A DNA stretch of 64,000 nucleotides from Eledone cirrhosa (lineage: Eukaryota), in contig OZ024741.1 of NCBI GenBank assembly GCA_964016885.1, positions 128,836,001 through 128,900,000 of the forward strand, given 5' to 3'. The notes under the pieces are model-generated. The model ran no database searches. It was not told where the DNA came from and saw only the letters and a list, made by a program, of their open reading frames with translations. Shown one piece after another: positions 36,998 through 50,370 of this stretch (position 1 is the first letter of the stretch; every line of letters begins with the position of its first letter). The translations under genes and the position numbers were made by a program.

Positions 36998-38259
36998 ATA
37001 AAACATAGTGAAATATTTGGAAAGTCTCCTCAAGAAATGCAAAAAATATATAAATAAAAGTAATGCAAGAGATATATTAAAAATATACAAAAATATACAA
37101 AAAATATATGGAAATATAGTTAGGTATGTGTATATGTATGTATATACACTCACAAATGTACATATGTGTGTATGGTGAAAATGTGTGCGTAAGTACATAT
37201 ATGAGTGCAAGTATATTTGTGTATATGTGACCACAAATACGGATATAATATGAGTTGAAAGAGAAGATGATGATATAGTTGACACGCATCTAGATACAGG
37301 TATTAAATACACATACGAGTATGAAAGCACGCGCATAAACACACACCCACGCGCGCGGTCACTTATATGCGGAAGATAAAGAGGGAATGGAGTGTAATAG
37401 TGAAAAGAAGTGTCATTCTCGATATATGTATAAAAATGAAACAGAATATGAGAATGAAAAACATTTTAAATGAAAGAGAAAGTAATCAATTAACACTAGA
37501 GAAAAGAAAACAAACATAGGGACGCACGTACATACACATATATCTATAAATAACATATATCCATAAAAATACTTATACACACAAATATGTACAGACAAAA
37601 GCGCATGTATGCGTACATACATACACAAGAGGGACGTATATATATATCTCGCCCCATGTATATCTAATCGCACGTACATACGCGACTATAATTTCATATA
37701 CACACACACATACACACCCATACATACGCATACACACATACACACATACACACACATTCACGTACATTCATCCGCTTACGCACGCACGTAAAAATAAGAA
37801 TGTAAAAAACATAGATGTAAAAACATAGATATAAAAACACACATAGACACACATATATATACACGCACGCACGCACACATACAGAGGCTCTCGTATACAT
37901 ATACAGAACGTATACACACATAAACACACACAGACATATAGATACAGAGTATAAAGCAGCCTTATGAATAAATGAGTACTAATATAAAAACTGCTGCGAA
38001 ACAACAGAATATATCTGGAGTGGAAAACGCAAGTGACATGTGTAATCAGGTAGTGAAAGAAAATGGGGAAGTAACATGTGGAATATGAAGTTATTAGGTA
38101 AGTGAATCGAAGGGTGGGGGGGGGGTTACTGGTGGATGTGAAGTAAAAATAAAAATAAAGTTAAAAATGAAAGTAAATCAGAAAGAGAAGTCTGTAAAGA
38201 GAATAATTTAAGGAAAGTGAAGAATAAGAGTTTATGGAGGATAAGTATCTGAAAGTGAG

Positions 38260-40050
38260 TTAAGTTTATATGAGTTGGAAAGCAAGTGTGATTTCATGTG
38301 TGGGCAACTGGTGAAAATTTCCGTTTTTGTATTTAGGCAGGTTTTTGGTGATTTAAGGTTTTGTAAAATCCAATATTTTTCACTTATGCCGAGTGTGCAT
38401 CTTCTTGTTCATCTTGCATATTCTTTAGATTGGTTCAAAATTGACCAATCCAATTTATATTGGATACCTTGGTCTTTCAAATCCCATACTCTGCTAGCCA
38501 GAGCTGTTGTGAATCTTTTTTCTGGATGTCGGAAAGATGCGACATGTGAGTAATAACGCGTTTTGAATTTGTCTTGTGTCATACCCACATATCGCTCACT
38601 GGTGGCTAGTAGGTTGTTGCTAATGGTTGTCACTTTAGCCGCATATACAATGGCTTTGGTGTTGCATTTACCTTGTAATGGGCATTCACTTTTGACTCTA
38701 CAGGAGCAATTTTGATGTTCTCTAGGTGATTTCTTATTGATGATATAAGATTTAATAGGGGGGCCGCAGGAGTAGCTAATTTTGACACAGTTTCTATTGA
38801 AGATCTTATAGTATCTATGTGTTCTAGGGAAATGTTTATCTAAGAGCTCTATGAATTTTTTGCCTACATTAGTTTTAACTGCTAGAGAGTAGGGGGGTTT
38901 GAACCAGATTATTTTTCTTTTCCTATTATTATGTTTAACAGAGTTAGTATTGTTGGGTATGTAATTAATCGGTTCGCTAAATCCGCTATTTTGAAGGGCT
39001 TTATTATAGTAGGGGGATGCCTTATTGAAAATAGCTTCTGAGGAAGAGAGGGTGGAGATCCTACGGCTAATATTAGGGATAAGGTTTTTAAAACTATAGG
39101 AGGATGGCAAGAGCCTTTATTTATATATTTTAAATTTTCATTAGGTTTATGGTATGGTTTATAAGAAGCAGTAGGCAAATCTAGGTTTATATCTAGAAAA
39201 TTAACATTGGAAAGGTTAGTGTCAATAGTAATTTTAAGATTAAAACTAGCAAAGGTTTTAATTAAGTCTTTCCTTAATCTATCTAAGTTATGGCCTATGG
39301 TGGTATGGGAAAGTATTAGACCATCGTCGCGATAAAGCCCAAAAATATGGTTAGGAATTTTTCTTTAAGTGTGTGTAGGAGGAATAGGCCGACTAAATCA
39401 CAAACATCAGCACTGTCAAAAGAGCCCATTGAGACATCGAATGGGCTCTCTTGGTTAGATATTTTTACCCAAATGTCATTATCAGTAAAGAGTAAAGTGC
39501 TTCTAGCATGCAAGATGACATTCTCTTCAATATCAGAGATATTGGTAAACTTTCTAGCGAAATTTAAGGCTTTCGCTAAAAGAGTCTGAGTGATAGACGG
39601 CTAGAAATCTACAATGTCAAATTGGGTGAATCTAGAACTATTTTTATCTTTAATTTTATTAAACCAATATACTACGGAAGAGCTATTTATCCATTGGAGT
39701 AATTTAGACTTACTTCTAATGTGTGTGTTTATATTATTTTAAAAAATGTTGCTGACAAGACCGATATCAGTCTTAGCAGGGTTGATTAATCTACAACTAG
39801 GACGATTAATAAAGTCAGGTTTGTGATCTTTAAAGGTGATATATGCATTACGTTTAGCAAGTTTTTCTGTCCTATTATCTATTTTTAAAGAACTAGCTAA
39901 TTCTTTAGCTTCCTTATTTATATTATGATACGTGTTTATATTAGCTATTTGGTATTTAGAGGTGATGTTATCTATTAAGAGATAGTCATGTAAATTATTA
40001 TTAACTTCGTATAAGTTTTTAGTTTTGTCGGAGAAAATGAACTTATTTTT
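38260..40050 (-). mobile_element. Penelope-like retroelement (RT plus GIY-YIG endonuclease), frameshifted
   Basis: FDVSMGSFDSADVCDLVGLFLL, GLYRDDGL, VNFLDI, YKPYHKPN, KRKIIWF.PPYS..VKTNVGK.F, CSCR....CPL.G.C, AIVY..KV, RYVGMT..FKTRY..H..SFR. Confidence 0.92.
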
Positions 40051-40084
40051 AGAAGATTTGAATATTGAAATATCATTAGATAGT

Positions 40085-40172
<88 letters not shown>

Positions 40173-40309
40173 TATGTATACGTACATTCATATATGTATA
40201 CAGACGTACAGTAGTATGTATATATATATATATATACATAAACGCACACATATATATATGTACGTATGGATTCACCGAACATTTATTATAATGCTCGGTG
40301 TGTTTGTAA

Positions 40310-40587
40310 GCGAGTGGGACTGGCTTTGTGCAGTGCCTTTGCTCACTATAAAAGCATCACGGCACAGGCATTGCTTTATATCTGGAGATCTCTCAGCACT
40401 TGTCGTCACATGGTACCATGGGCCCAGCACTATGTGTCAATAATTGTCACAAGTGTAGTGTTTGTACCAGAGTTTTCAAGTCACTTGCTGGACTAAAAAG
40501 TCACACTCGTTCAGCGCATCGGTAGGGGTTCTCCTACATGGATATACAGTAGTGGCCGTACTCGAAAACGAGTTGGCAGCCACCATG
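40310..40587 (+). mobile_element. RTE 3' end with a C2H2 finger
   Basis: KCSVCTRVFKSLAGLKSHTRSAHR*, then tail gtggccgtactcgaaaacgagttggcagccaccat. Confidence 0.7.
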
Positions 40588-41100
40588 TACGTATACATAC
40601 TTATATTTAAGTAACAGCCGTACTAAGAGTGAGAAACGAAATTTCGTTTCATTTTTTCCGTTTATCGTTTTCGGTACCCCGGCCGATTAACTCACTCGAT
40701 ATGCAAATTAGGCTGCTCAGCCGTTAATATGCATAAGGAAAGTAAATACTTTCAGACGTTCAACCATCTGGCAGGAAGGTATACGTTGCTGACGATAGCT
40801 AATAAGCTTGAAACTAGTACAGCGTTCCTTTGTCAGTGTTGAACAAATGAGCAACGATGGTTGCTAGACACTGTACGGCTTAATTCGGGATGTTTGTTTA
40901 CAAACACACCGAGCATTATAATAAATGTTCGGTAAATCCATACGTACATATATATATGTGTGCATGTATGTATATATATACATACTACTGTACGTCTGTA
41001 TACATATATGTATGTACGTATACATACTTATATTTAAGTAACAGCCGTACTAACCGTACTAAGAGTGGGAAATGAAATTTCGTTTAATTTTTTCCGTTTA
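40586..41100 (+). mobile_element. Penelope-type pseudo-LTR-like repeat (~430-bp unit plus partial repeat); inverted partial copy at ~40150-40310, second copy at ~42650-43160
   Basis: Direct repeat tacgtatacatacttatatttaagtaacagccgtactaa at ~40588 and ~41015; ~155-bp inverted repeat 40150-40310 vs 40895-41035; contains a hammerhead. Confidence 0.7.
40783..40825 (+). ncRNA. Minimal type I hammerhead ribozyme
   Basis: ACGTTG-CTGACGA-tAGCT aata AGCTt-GAAA-CTAG-TA-CAGCGT; palindromic stem III ACTAGT, GUA site. Confidence 0.75.
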
Positions 41101-41159
41101 TATATATATATTGTTATACTTTTTCAGATAAAGAATCTTGCTAAACAAATTCAGAAACG

Positions 41160-41216
<57 letters not shown>

Positions 41217-41226
41217 TAATTCAGAA

Positions 41227-41259
<33 letters not shown>

Positions 41260-41272
41260 TAATTCAGAAACG

Positions 41273-41371
<99 letters not shown>

Positions 41372-41393
41372 TATATACATATATATATACATA

Positions 41394-41429
<36 letters not shown>

Positions 41430-41624
41430 TGTATGTATGTATGTATGTATGTATGTATGTATGTATGTATGTATGTATGTATCGTGTCCATTTAATGCAG
41501 TGTTATAAATAAATATATATATCTATACACCAGGTCCGAACACAATGGAACCAAACTTCCACTGTCACTGCCTCCATCTCCCCCGCTTTCACTATTATAA
41601 ACTAATAGGATCCCACGAACTGCC

Positions 41625-42215
41625 CACCATACGGCACCGGAGGACAGAATAGAGAAGGGGCTTCCCCGGAGGATGGTGAGGAAGATACGCTGGAAGAGCT
41701 ATTCCAGCTCGCGAGGCTCACACCCGCGGGTAGCCAACTCCATGCCAGTGGTGAGTAGGTAGGTGGTCCTCGGGCCAAGGACACCAGAAGTCTCTACTGC
41801 TACAGGGGTACCGATGGTGGTGAGTAGAGAGGTGGGCCTAGGACCAAGGATAACAGAAGTCTCCACTGCTACGGGGTGCTGATGGTGGTGAGTAGGGAGG
41901 TGGTCCTAGGGCCAAGGACACCAGAAGTCTCTACTGCTACGGGGTGCTGATGGTGGTGAGTAGGGACGTTGTCCTAGGGCCAAGGACACCAGACGTATCC
42001 ACTATGTTTACTGAAATAATGAAGCAGTAGAGCCTGCAGCACTGGAGATATTCGGCGTTCTTGGCCCCCGAACCGCATCTCTACTCATGTGATATCGGAG
42101 CGGAGTTCGCCGCCCGCAAGTGTGCGAGCCCCGTGAGGTGGAGTGGCTGTTCCAACGCGTGTCCCTCGTCATCCTCAGGGTCAATGTTTTCTCCATCCTC
42201 TCGGCTGGGACCCAG
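41625..42215. mobile_element. Inverted pair of restriction-like-endonuclease (CRE-type) retroelement 3' fragments with a ~68-bp tandem repeat (4 copies)
   Basis: Minus: AVETSGVLGPRTT...CEPRELE*LFQRIFLTILRG; plus: LEIFGVLGPRT...CEPREVEWLFQRVSLVILRVNVFSILSAG; repeat units at ~41773, 41841, 41910, 41978. Confidence 0.7.
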
Positions 42216-42441
42216 AAACTAAGTTAGTTTCTCTCATATTTTAAAAACAAAGAATTTTAATTCTCTGATTTATTGTTCCAAGGGGTTTTATAAAATACAT
42301 AAAATAATACTGCGTTCGATATAATTCATCTTATTAAATATCAAATACTAGAATTTTTTCCATGTGTTGACGCGTATGTGTATATATGTGTACGTGTGTG
42401 TATGTGCATATGCATACATTGGTATTAGTACATATGTTTGA

Positions 42442-42504
<63 letters not shown>

Positions 42505-42569
42505 CAGGTACACATACATATATGTACGTATCAGTTTAGCGGATACGTACATATATGTAGGTGTACCTG

Positions 42570-42651
<82 letters not shown>

Positions 42652-42887
42652 TGCTACTGTACGTCTGTATACATATATGTATGTACGTATACATACATAC
42701 TTACATTTAAGTAAGTGCCGTACTAAGAGTGAGAAATGAAATTTCGTTTTCATTTTATTACAACTCATCGTTTTCGGTGCGCCTGACCGATTTAACTCAC
42801 ACGATATGCAAATTAGGCTGCTCAGCCGTTAATTTTCATAAGGAAAGTATATACTTTCGAACGTTCAACTATCTGGCAGATGGGTAT

Positions 42888-42930
42888 ACGGTGCTGATGA
42901 TAGCTAACAAGCTTGAAACTAGTACATCGT
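42888..42930 (+). ncRNA. Minimal type I hammerhead ribozyme (paralogue of 40783-40825)
   Basis: ACGGTG-CTGATGA-tAGCT aaca AGCTt-GAAA-CTAG-TA-CATCGT. Confidence 0.75.
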
Positions 42931-43155
42931 TCCTGTGTCAGTGTTGAACAAAAAGGTGACGTGGTTGCCTTAACACCGTGCGGCATAAATTCAGGCTGTT
43001 CAGTTTGTTTACAAACGAACAAAGCGGGCGCTATAATAAGCGTCCGCTAAACTGATACGTACATATATGTATGTGTACCTGTATGTATATATATATATAT
43101 ATGCATGCTACTGTACGTCTGTATACATATATGTATGTACGTATACATACATACT

Positions 43156-43277
<122 letters not shown>

Positions 43278-43455
43278 CATATATATTATTCAAAATATTA
43301 ACAAATGAAAAATATTCTCATAATCAAAATATATATTTTATTATACATATTTCAAAGGTACAATGGTGTTTAAGTACGTTTTCATCGGACAAAATATATG
43401 ATTTGATATGTGACATACCGCTACGGTCTTGATTATTCAATTCCAGTATTGGTAG

Positions 43456-43525
<70 letters not shown>

Positions 43526-44022
43526 ATATATATCTATATATATATATATATATAGTGCAAATTTAGACGGGAACAAAACAGAGAGGCAGACAAATAAAGG
43601 TTTATTAGGTTCACATATATATATATATGTATGTATGTATATATATATATATATATATATATTGGTAAACGGAATAGAAAATGCTGACAAATTGTTCACA
43701 GTTGAAAAATGGTTTAATTAGGAATAAAAGAGTATTAGTAATTGTATGGGTTAGTATTCAGTTGTGGTTTTAAGTTTTTAAGTTTTTACCGGTTGCGCAT
43801 TTCTAAATGCTTTTCAAAAATAATTTTGAGATAGAGTGTTGTTTGCTTTGATCTGATTAGTTTTGGGAATTCTACCTGTTTTTATGTTAAAAAAGTGGCT
43901 CCAGCGCTACTTGGTGTTTGCAAAAATTCTTGTGGTCAAAACAATTTTGATTGGTCGGTAGAGGTCATGTGAATAAAAAATTAGTTTTGCGCCAAGATTG
44001 AGAAATGACTCTTTCACAACAA

Positions 44023-44056
<34 letters not shown>

Positions 44057-44122
44057 TAGTAGTAAGGTGTTCGATGTTGTGATAATGGTTAGCAGGGATG
44101 TATGTCAAATGGCTATTAAGAT

Positions 44123-44252
<130 letters not shown>

Positions 44253-44606
44253 ATAGCAGAGTAATTCGTGGTAGCAGGGATGGTCAGTAAGAATGTGTCA
44301 GTAAGAATGTGTCTATTTTAGCATGTCAAAAGATATTTTTCAGCTTTTGTCTTATACGGAGAAATGCGTGTGTGTGTGTGTGTATAAGTCTCTTTGTATG
44401 TTAATGTACGCGTGTGTATGTGTGTGTGTATATATATGTGTGTGTGTGTGAGAATGTGTGGGTGGACCAGTATTTTTTCCCCCTGGTATAATGGTGTACA
44501 TTATTCGATTTTTTCAGTAAAATCGGTTCTCTTAATAGATCAAAAATCTTAACAATAAAAGGTGTGAAATGATATTCACTATATATATATATATACATAC
44601 ATATAT

Positions 44607-44712
<106 letters not shown>

Positions 44713-45125
44713 TTTTTTTGTGTTGCACCATAGAGCATGTGTGTTTACGTATGTCATTGTGTTTATATGTGGGTAGAGATGTGTGCTGATGTAGGTATGT
44801 ATGTTGACGTGTGTATGTTGTGGGTTCGTCTTAGGTAGAAGTGTTTAGACGGGGTCCGTATTTGTTAATGAAGTAAGATTCCTTGCTGATGCGCTGGGTG
44901 TGGGTGGCATTATCTTTAAATTTGTAGAGGGGAAAGATTCTGAAGTTGGGATGATTTTGGGCGGCACAGGTATATATATATATATATTAGAAAGTGAGGG
45001 TTTTTTTAACAAAATGAAAAATAATCGAGGTGTCCTACACGAGTGAAAGTGTAAAGAAAAAAGATGAAATCGAAAATGCAACTGGAGTATTATTTTTTTA
45101 AAATATATATATATTTATTTGGTTC

Positions 45126-45161
45126 CTTTACCGGTTTCGCAGTTCTTCTGCTTTTCAAAAG
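45126..45161 (-). ncRNA. Minimal hammerhead, U3-A8 core variant
   Basis: Reverse complement: CTT-TTGAAAA-GCAG aagaa CTGC-GAAA-CCGG-TA-AAG; decayed relatives at 43783-43820 (-, GCAA) and 31346-31382 (+). Confidence 0.6.
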
Positions 45162-45620
45162 TAGAGTTGAGATGGAGAGTCTGTGGTTTTTCATATATAT
45201 ATATATATAATTTTTCTGAATGTTCCCTCATAAATTTCCTCTTACAAGATTTCAAAATCACAAATTCAAATTCAAAACGATGAATTGAGAAAATAAAAAA
45301 TTGTGAAATTTTCCAATGCCATCATTTATATATGTCACGGCTATGATGGTCCAGGGGAGATAATTCCTCTACCTCAATAAATTATTATCTGCTAAATGTC
45401 AAGTTTTCTCATATTGAATCAGAACGCTGTTTTTATGTCTTCCATTCATATAACTGGTATTTATTATTGAAACACAGCCAAACCTTGCTGGCAGAGAGAT
45501 GGGATGTAAAATGATGATAATGATGATGATGAGGTAGAATTATGGCTATAAAATAGTTAAAGCTGGCACCAAAGTAACATCGAGGCAAGCAATTTACTAC
45601 AATACTATTGCCCATGAACA

Positions 45621-46086
45621 TACAGTAGTCATACGGTATTTGCGGAGGTTACGTTCCTAGAGCACCCGCGAAAATGAAAAACCGCGAATATCGGACGTGG
45701 TCCATAAAAATGCCTATAAACGTGAAAATATAACGTAAAATATATTAAAAATGAGAGAGCATCTTATGAGAAGGGGCATCCAATATGCCGGCAAATACAG
45801 TATATTGTTATTAATAATTTAGCGTTAAAAATATATATTGTCACGAAATAAGCCATTAAAAAATCGCGGAAAATATTTACGATTCCGCGAATATGCGGTG
45901 GTTTCCACGAACAATTATTAATTACCGTATTTCCCGACACCGAAGGAGCTTCGTTCTCGAGAACACATGGTAGATTTTTGAGATTTATTTTAGGAAAAAA
46001 GTAACGGCTTCGACGCCGGGAAATACGGTAGATTCTAAGGAAAAACCCGTGAATAACCGGGACCGCGAATGCCGGAGTGCACTGTA
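45621..46086. mobile_element. Tigger/pogo-like non-autonomous element containing a nested MITE at 45923-46030
   Basis: Outer TA|CAGT..CGGTATTTGCGG...CCGCGAATGCCG..ACTG|TA; inner TACCGTATTTCCCG...CGGGAAATACGGTA. Confidence 0.8.
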
Positions 46087-46090
46087 TTTA

Positions 46091-49000
46091 TCTACTTATA
46101 TATATAACCAGCAATTTCTCTGTCTGTCTGTCCGACAGTGGAAACACGTGCGCGCGTGCGAATGTTTTTGCACACGCGTAGAGAGAGAGTGAAAGAAAGA
46201 GACAGACTACGAGAGGGGGATAGCGGGAGGGAGAGGGGGAGAGAGAGAGTGAATAGACGCTAAAACACGTGCTACTGAAATATTACCTTCTCCTTCCTTT
46301 CTCCACTTTGGTACTACCAAGAGAAATACTGTCGTTATAGAAACATTACCTTCCCCTCTCCACTGACTTTGGTCACTGAGGCCGAGGGAATCGCTGGTTG
46401 CTATAGAGACATCTTGCACAAGCCAGAAGTAACCAGTTCGAGGCGGTTCTGACTTGACACCATGCCAAGTCTACTTATAATATATAATGGGCATTTCTCT
46501 GTTTGTTTGTCTGTCTGTCCGTCTGTAAAAAATGCCAAGGAAACAAATAGACGCGGTTTCAAATCTCTATGCTTTTCAAATTCATTACATTAATCTTTAT
46601 TTATACGTTTCGCATTACGAGTGTTTCGACTTACGAGTGTTTCAGCTTACGAGTGTTTCGGTTTATCATTATATATAAACGTTTCTATTTCCATCGTTTT
46701 ATCGTAAACGTTTATATATTTCCATCGTTATATCATAACGTTTATGTATCATAACGTTTATATTTCCGTCACTAATCTCTTTTTCTCCTTTTTCGTTTTA
46801 ACATATATTTATTTCAAAGATTTCACCGTATAGATAACATATATATTTATACATGCATAAAAGACACACCGAGAGGCGGTGAACATGTGGTGCCGAAAAC
46901 TGTTCTCATCCAAATCTCAACAATATCAGTATATACACTAGATTTGCTAGCAGAAAACCGCCCACCGGGTGGTTTTCTGCTAGTCTACTTATATATATAA
47001 CCAGCAATTTCTCTGTCTGTCTGTCCGACAGTGGACACGCGTGCGTAGAGAGATAGTGAGAGTGAAAGAAAGAGACAGACTACGAGAGGGGGATAGCGGG
47101 AGGGAGAGAGAGAGTGAATAGACGCTAAAACACGTGCTACAGAAATATTACCTTCCCCTTCCTTTATAGAAACATTACCTTCCCCTCTCCACTGACTTTG
47201 GTCACTGAGGCCGAGGGAATCGCTGGTTGCTATAGAGACACCTTGCACAAGCCAGAAGTAACCAGTTCGTGGCGGTTCTGACTTGACAACATGCGAAGAA
47301 GGTTTGAAGAAGGTCGCCATTGAATTTGTGGTTGTTGCTGCTGATAATAAGGACCATTTGAAGAAGGTTGCTGCTGATGAGGTAATTTATTAATCAGATT
47401 GCGCAGTTCCATAATCTACGTTTGATTTGTTCAATTTTTTTCTTCAATATTTTTTGTTGTTTTTTTTAATTTCTTATTGAAAAAATCTAAATAATAAAAT
47501 AAGGCTAGAAATTTAAATACAATTAAATACGATTTAATTTCCATTTCCAGCAGCCAATGTCCAGTGTTCAATTTCATGAAAAAATTGGAAATAATTCAAA
47601 AAATTGAAGTTTAACTTTTGAACATTTGTTTTGACAATAAAAAAATATTTCCTTATTCACACCTAATGGTATGATTAAAATTTCATAGGAATATTTTTTT
47701 CTAACCGCCAGTTATTTAAATATTATTAAAAATAAATTTTTTTTTAAAAGAATGGAAGATTTTGTGGATTTTTTTTACCACCTTCCAAAACTTAAACACT
47801 AATTCTCGCGAATTTGTGTTTTGTAATGACCCACAGGACGCTGCTATTGTTGATTCCAATAGTGCCTGGTATTCGAATATGTTAGTATACAATTTTTTGA
47901 ATAAAATTAAGGTGCAATTAGAGCTGCCAAACAAAATTTGTTTCGGCTTCGGCCCATATTATATATATATATATAATGGGGATGATGATGATGATATACA
48001 TAGTTACATATGTATATGTAATCTCCTTATAATATATAACCAGCAATTTCTCTGTCTGTCCGACAGTGGAAACACGTGCGCGCGTTCGAATGTTTTTTGC
48101 GCACGCGTAGAGAGAGAGTGAGAGTGAAAGAAAGAGACAGACTACGAGAGGGGGATAGCGGGAGGGAGAGAGGGAGAGAGAGAGAGTGAATAGACGCTAA
48201 AACACGTGCGCGCGTGCGAATGTTTTTTGCCCACGCGTAGATAGAGAGTGAGAGTGAAAGAAAGAGACAGACTACAAGAAGGGGATAGCGGGAGGGGGAG
48301 AGAGGGGGGAATTGAGGAGTGCTACAGAAACATATATACATTTCTGTGTGTGTGTAATATATATATATATACACACACAGAAATATATATATATACACAC
48401 AGAAATATATATACATTTCTGTGTGTGTAATATATATATATATACACACAGAAATATATATACATTTCTGTGTGTGTAATATATATATATACTAGCAGAA
48501 AACCACCCACCGGGTGGTTTTCTGCTAGTCTACTTATATATATAACCAGCAATTTCTCTGTCTGTCTGTCCGACAGTGGAAACACGTGCGTAGAGAGAGT
48601 GAGAGTGAAAGAAAAAGACAGACTATGAGAGGGGGGTAGCGGGAGGGAGAGAGGGAGAGAGAGAGAGTGAATAGACGCTAAAACACGTGCTACAGAAATA
48701 TTACCTTCCCCTCTCCACTGACTTTGGTCACTGAGGCCGAGGGAATCGCTGGTTACTATAGAGACACCTTGCACAAGTCAGAAGTAACCATTTCGAGGCG
48801 GTTCTGACTTGACACCATGCGAAGAAGGTTTCCATTGAATTTGTGGTTTGAAGAAGGTTGCCATTGAATTTGAGGTTGTTGCTGCTGATAATAAGGACCA
48901 TTTGAAGAAGGTTGCTGCTGATGAGGTAATTTATTAATCAGATTGCGCAGTTCCATAACCTACGTTTGATTTGTTCAATTTTTTTCTTCAATTTTTTTTT

Positions 49001-50315
49001 TTTTTTTTTTTTATTTCTTATTGAAAAAATCTAAATAATAAAATAAGGTTAGAAATTTAAATACAATTAAATACGATTTAATTTCCATTTCCAGCAGCCA
49101 ATGTCCAGTGTTCAATTTCATGAAAAAATTGGAAATAATTCAAAAAATTGAAGTTTAACTTTTGAACATTTGTTTTGACAATAAAAAATATTTCCTTATT
49201 CACACCTAATGGTATGATTAAAATTTCATAGGAATATTTTTTTATAACCGCCAGTTATTTATTTTCTCCTTTTTCGTTTTAACATATATTTATTTCAAAG
49301 ATTTCACCGTATAGATAACATATATATTTATACATGCATAAAAGACACACCGAGAGACGGTGAACATGTGGTGCCGAAAACATTTCTCATCCAAATCTCA
49401 ACAATATCAGTATATACACTAGATTTGCTAGCAGAAAATCGCCCATCGGGTGGTTTTCTGCTAGTCTCCTTATAATATATAACCAGCAATTTCTCTGTCT
49501 GTCTGTCCGACAGTGGAAACACGTGCGCGCGTGGTTGCTATCTCTCTCTCTCTCCAGCTATCCCTCTCTTTTAGTCTGTCTGTTTCTCTCACTCTCACTC
49601 TTTCTCTTTGTAACACACTAACATTCCTCCCCTCTATCGCTGTGACGAATGGGGAGATAGAGGAGGAGGAGGAGGAGGAGGAGGAGGAGGAGGAGGAGAG
49701 GGTCACTTCGTCACTTCACCTCTGCCTTTCTTTCTCTCCCCTCTCACTCCCTCATTACGTACAGACTTTAGGGCGGTGGGTTGGCAGAATCTGTAGAGAG
49801 TCGGACACCATGCTTCATAGCATGGAGTTACGTCCCTTTACGGTCTGAGTTCAAATACCGCCGAGGTTAACTTTGCCTTTCATCCTCACGGGGTCGATAA
49901 AATATAGTACCAGTAATGTACTGGGTAATTGCTGGCCTTGTGCCAAAAGTAGAAACAATTATTAGAAACATTGCTTCATTTTTACATATCTAAGCATTAG
50001 TAAAATAACTAATAATTTCAAAAGTAATTTTTCAATTCCAATTGTTATGAACAGCAAAACATTAATAATAATTTTGTTCTAAGAAATATATATACATTTC
50101 TGTGTGTGTAATATATATATATATATACACACACAGAAATATATATACATTTCTGTGTGTGTAATATATATATATTACACACACAGAAATATATATACAT
50201 TTCTGTGTGTGTAATATATATATATATACACACAGAAATATATATACATTTCTGTGTGTGTAATATATATATATATATATACACACACAGAAATATATAT
50301 ACATTTCTGTGTGTG

Positions 50316-50370
<55 letters not shown>

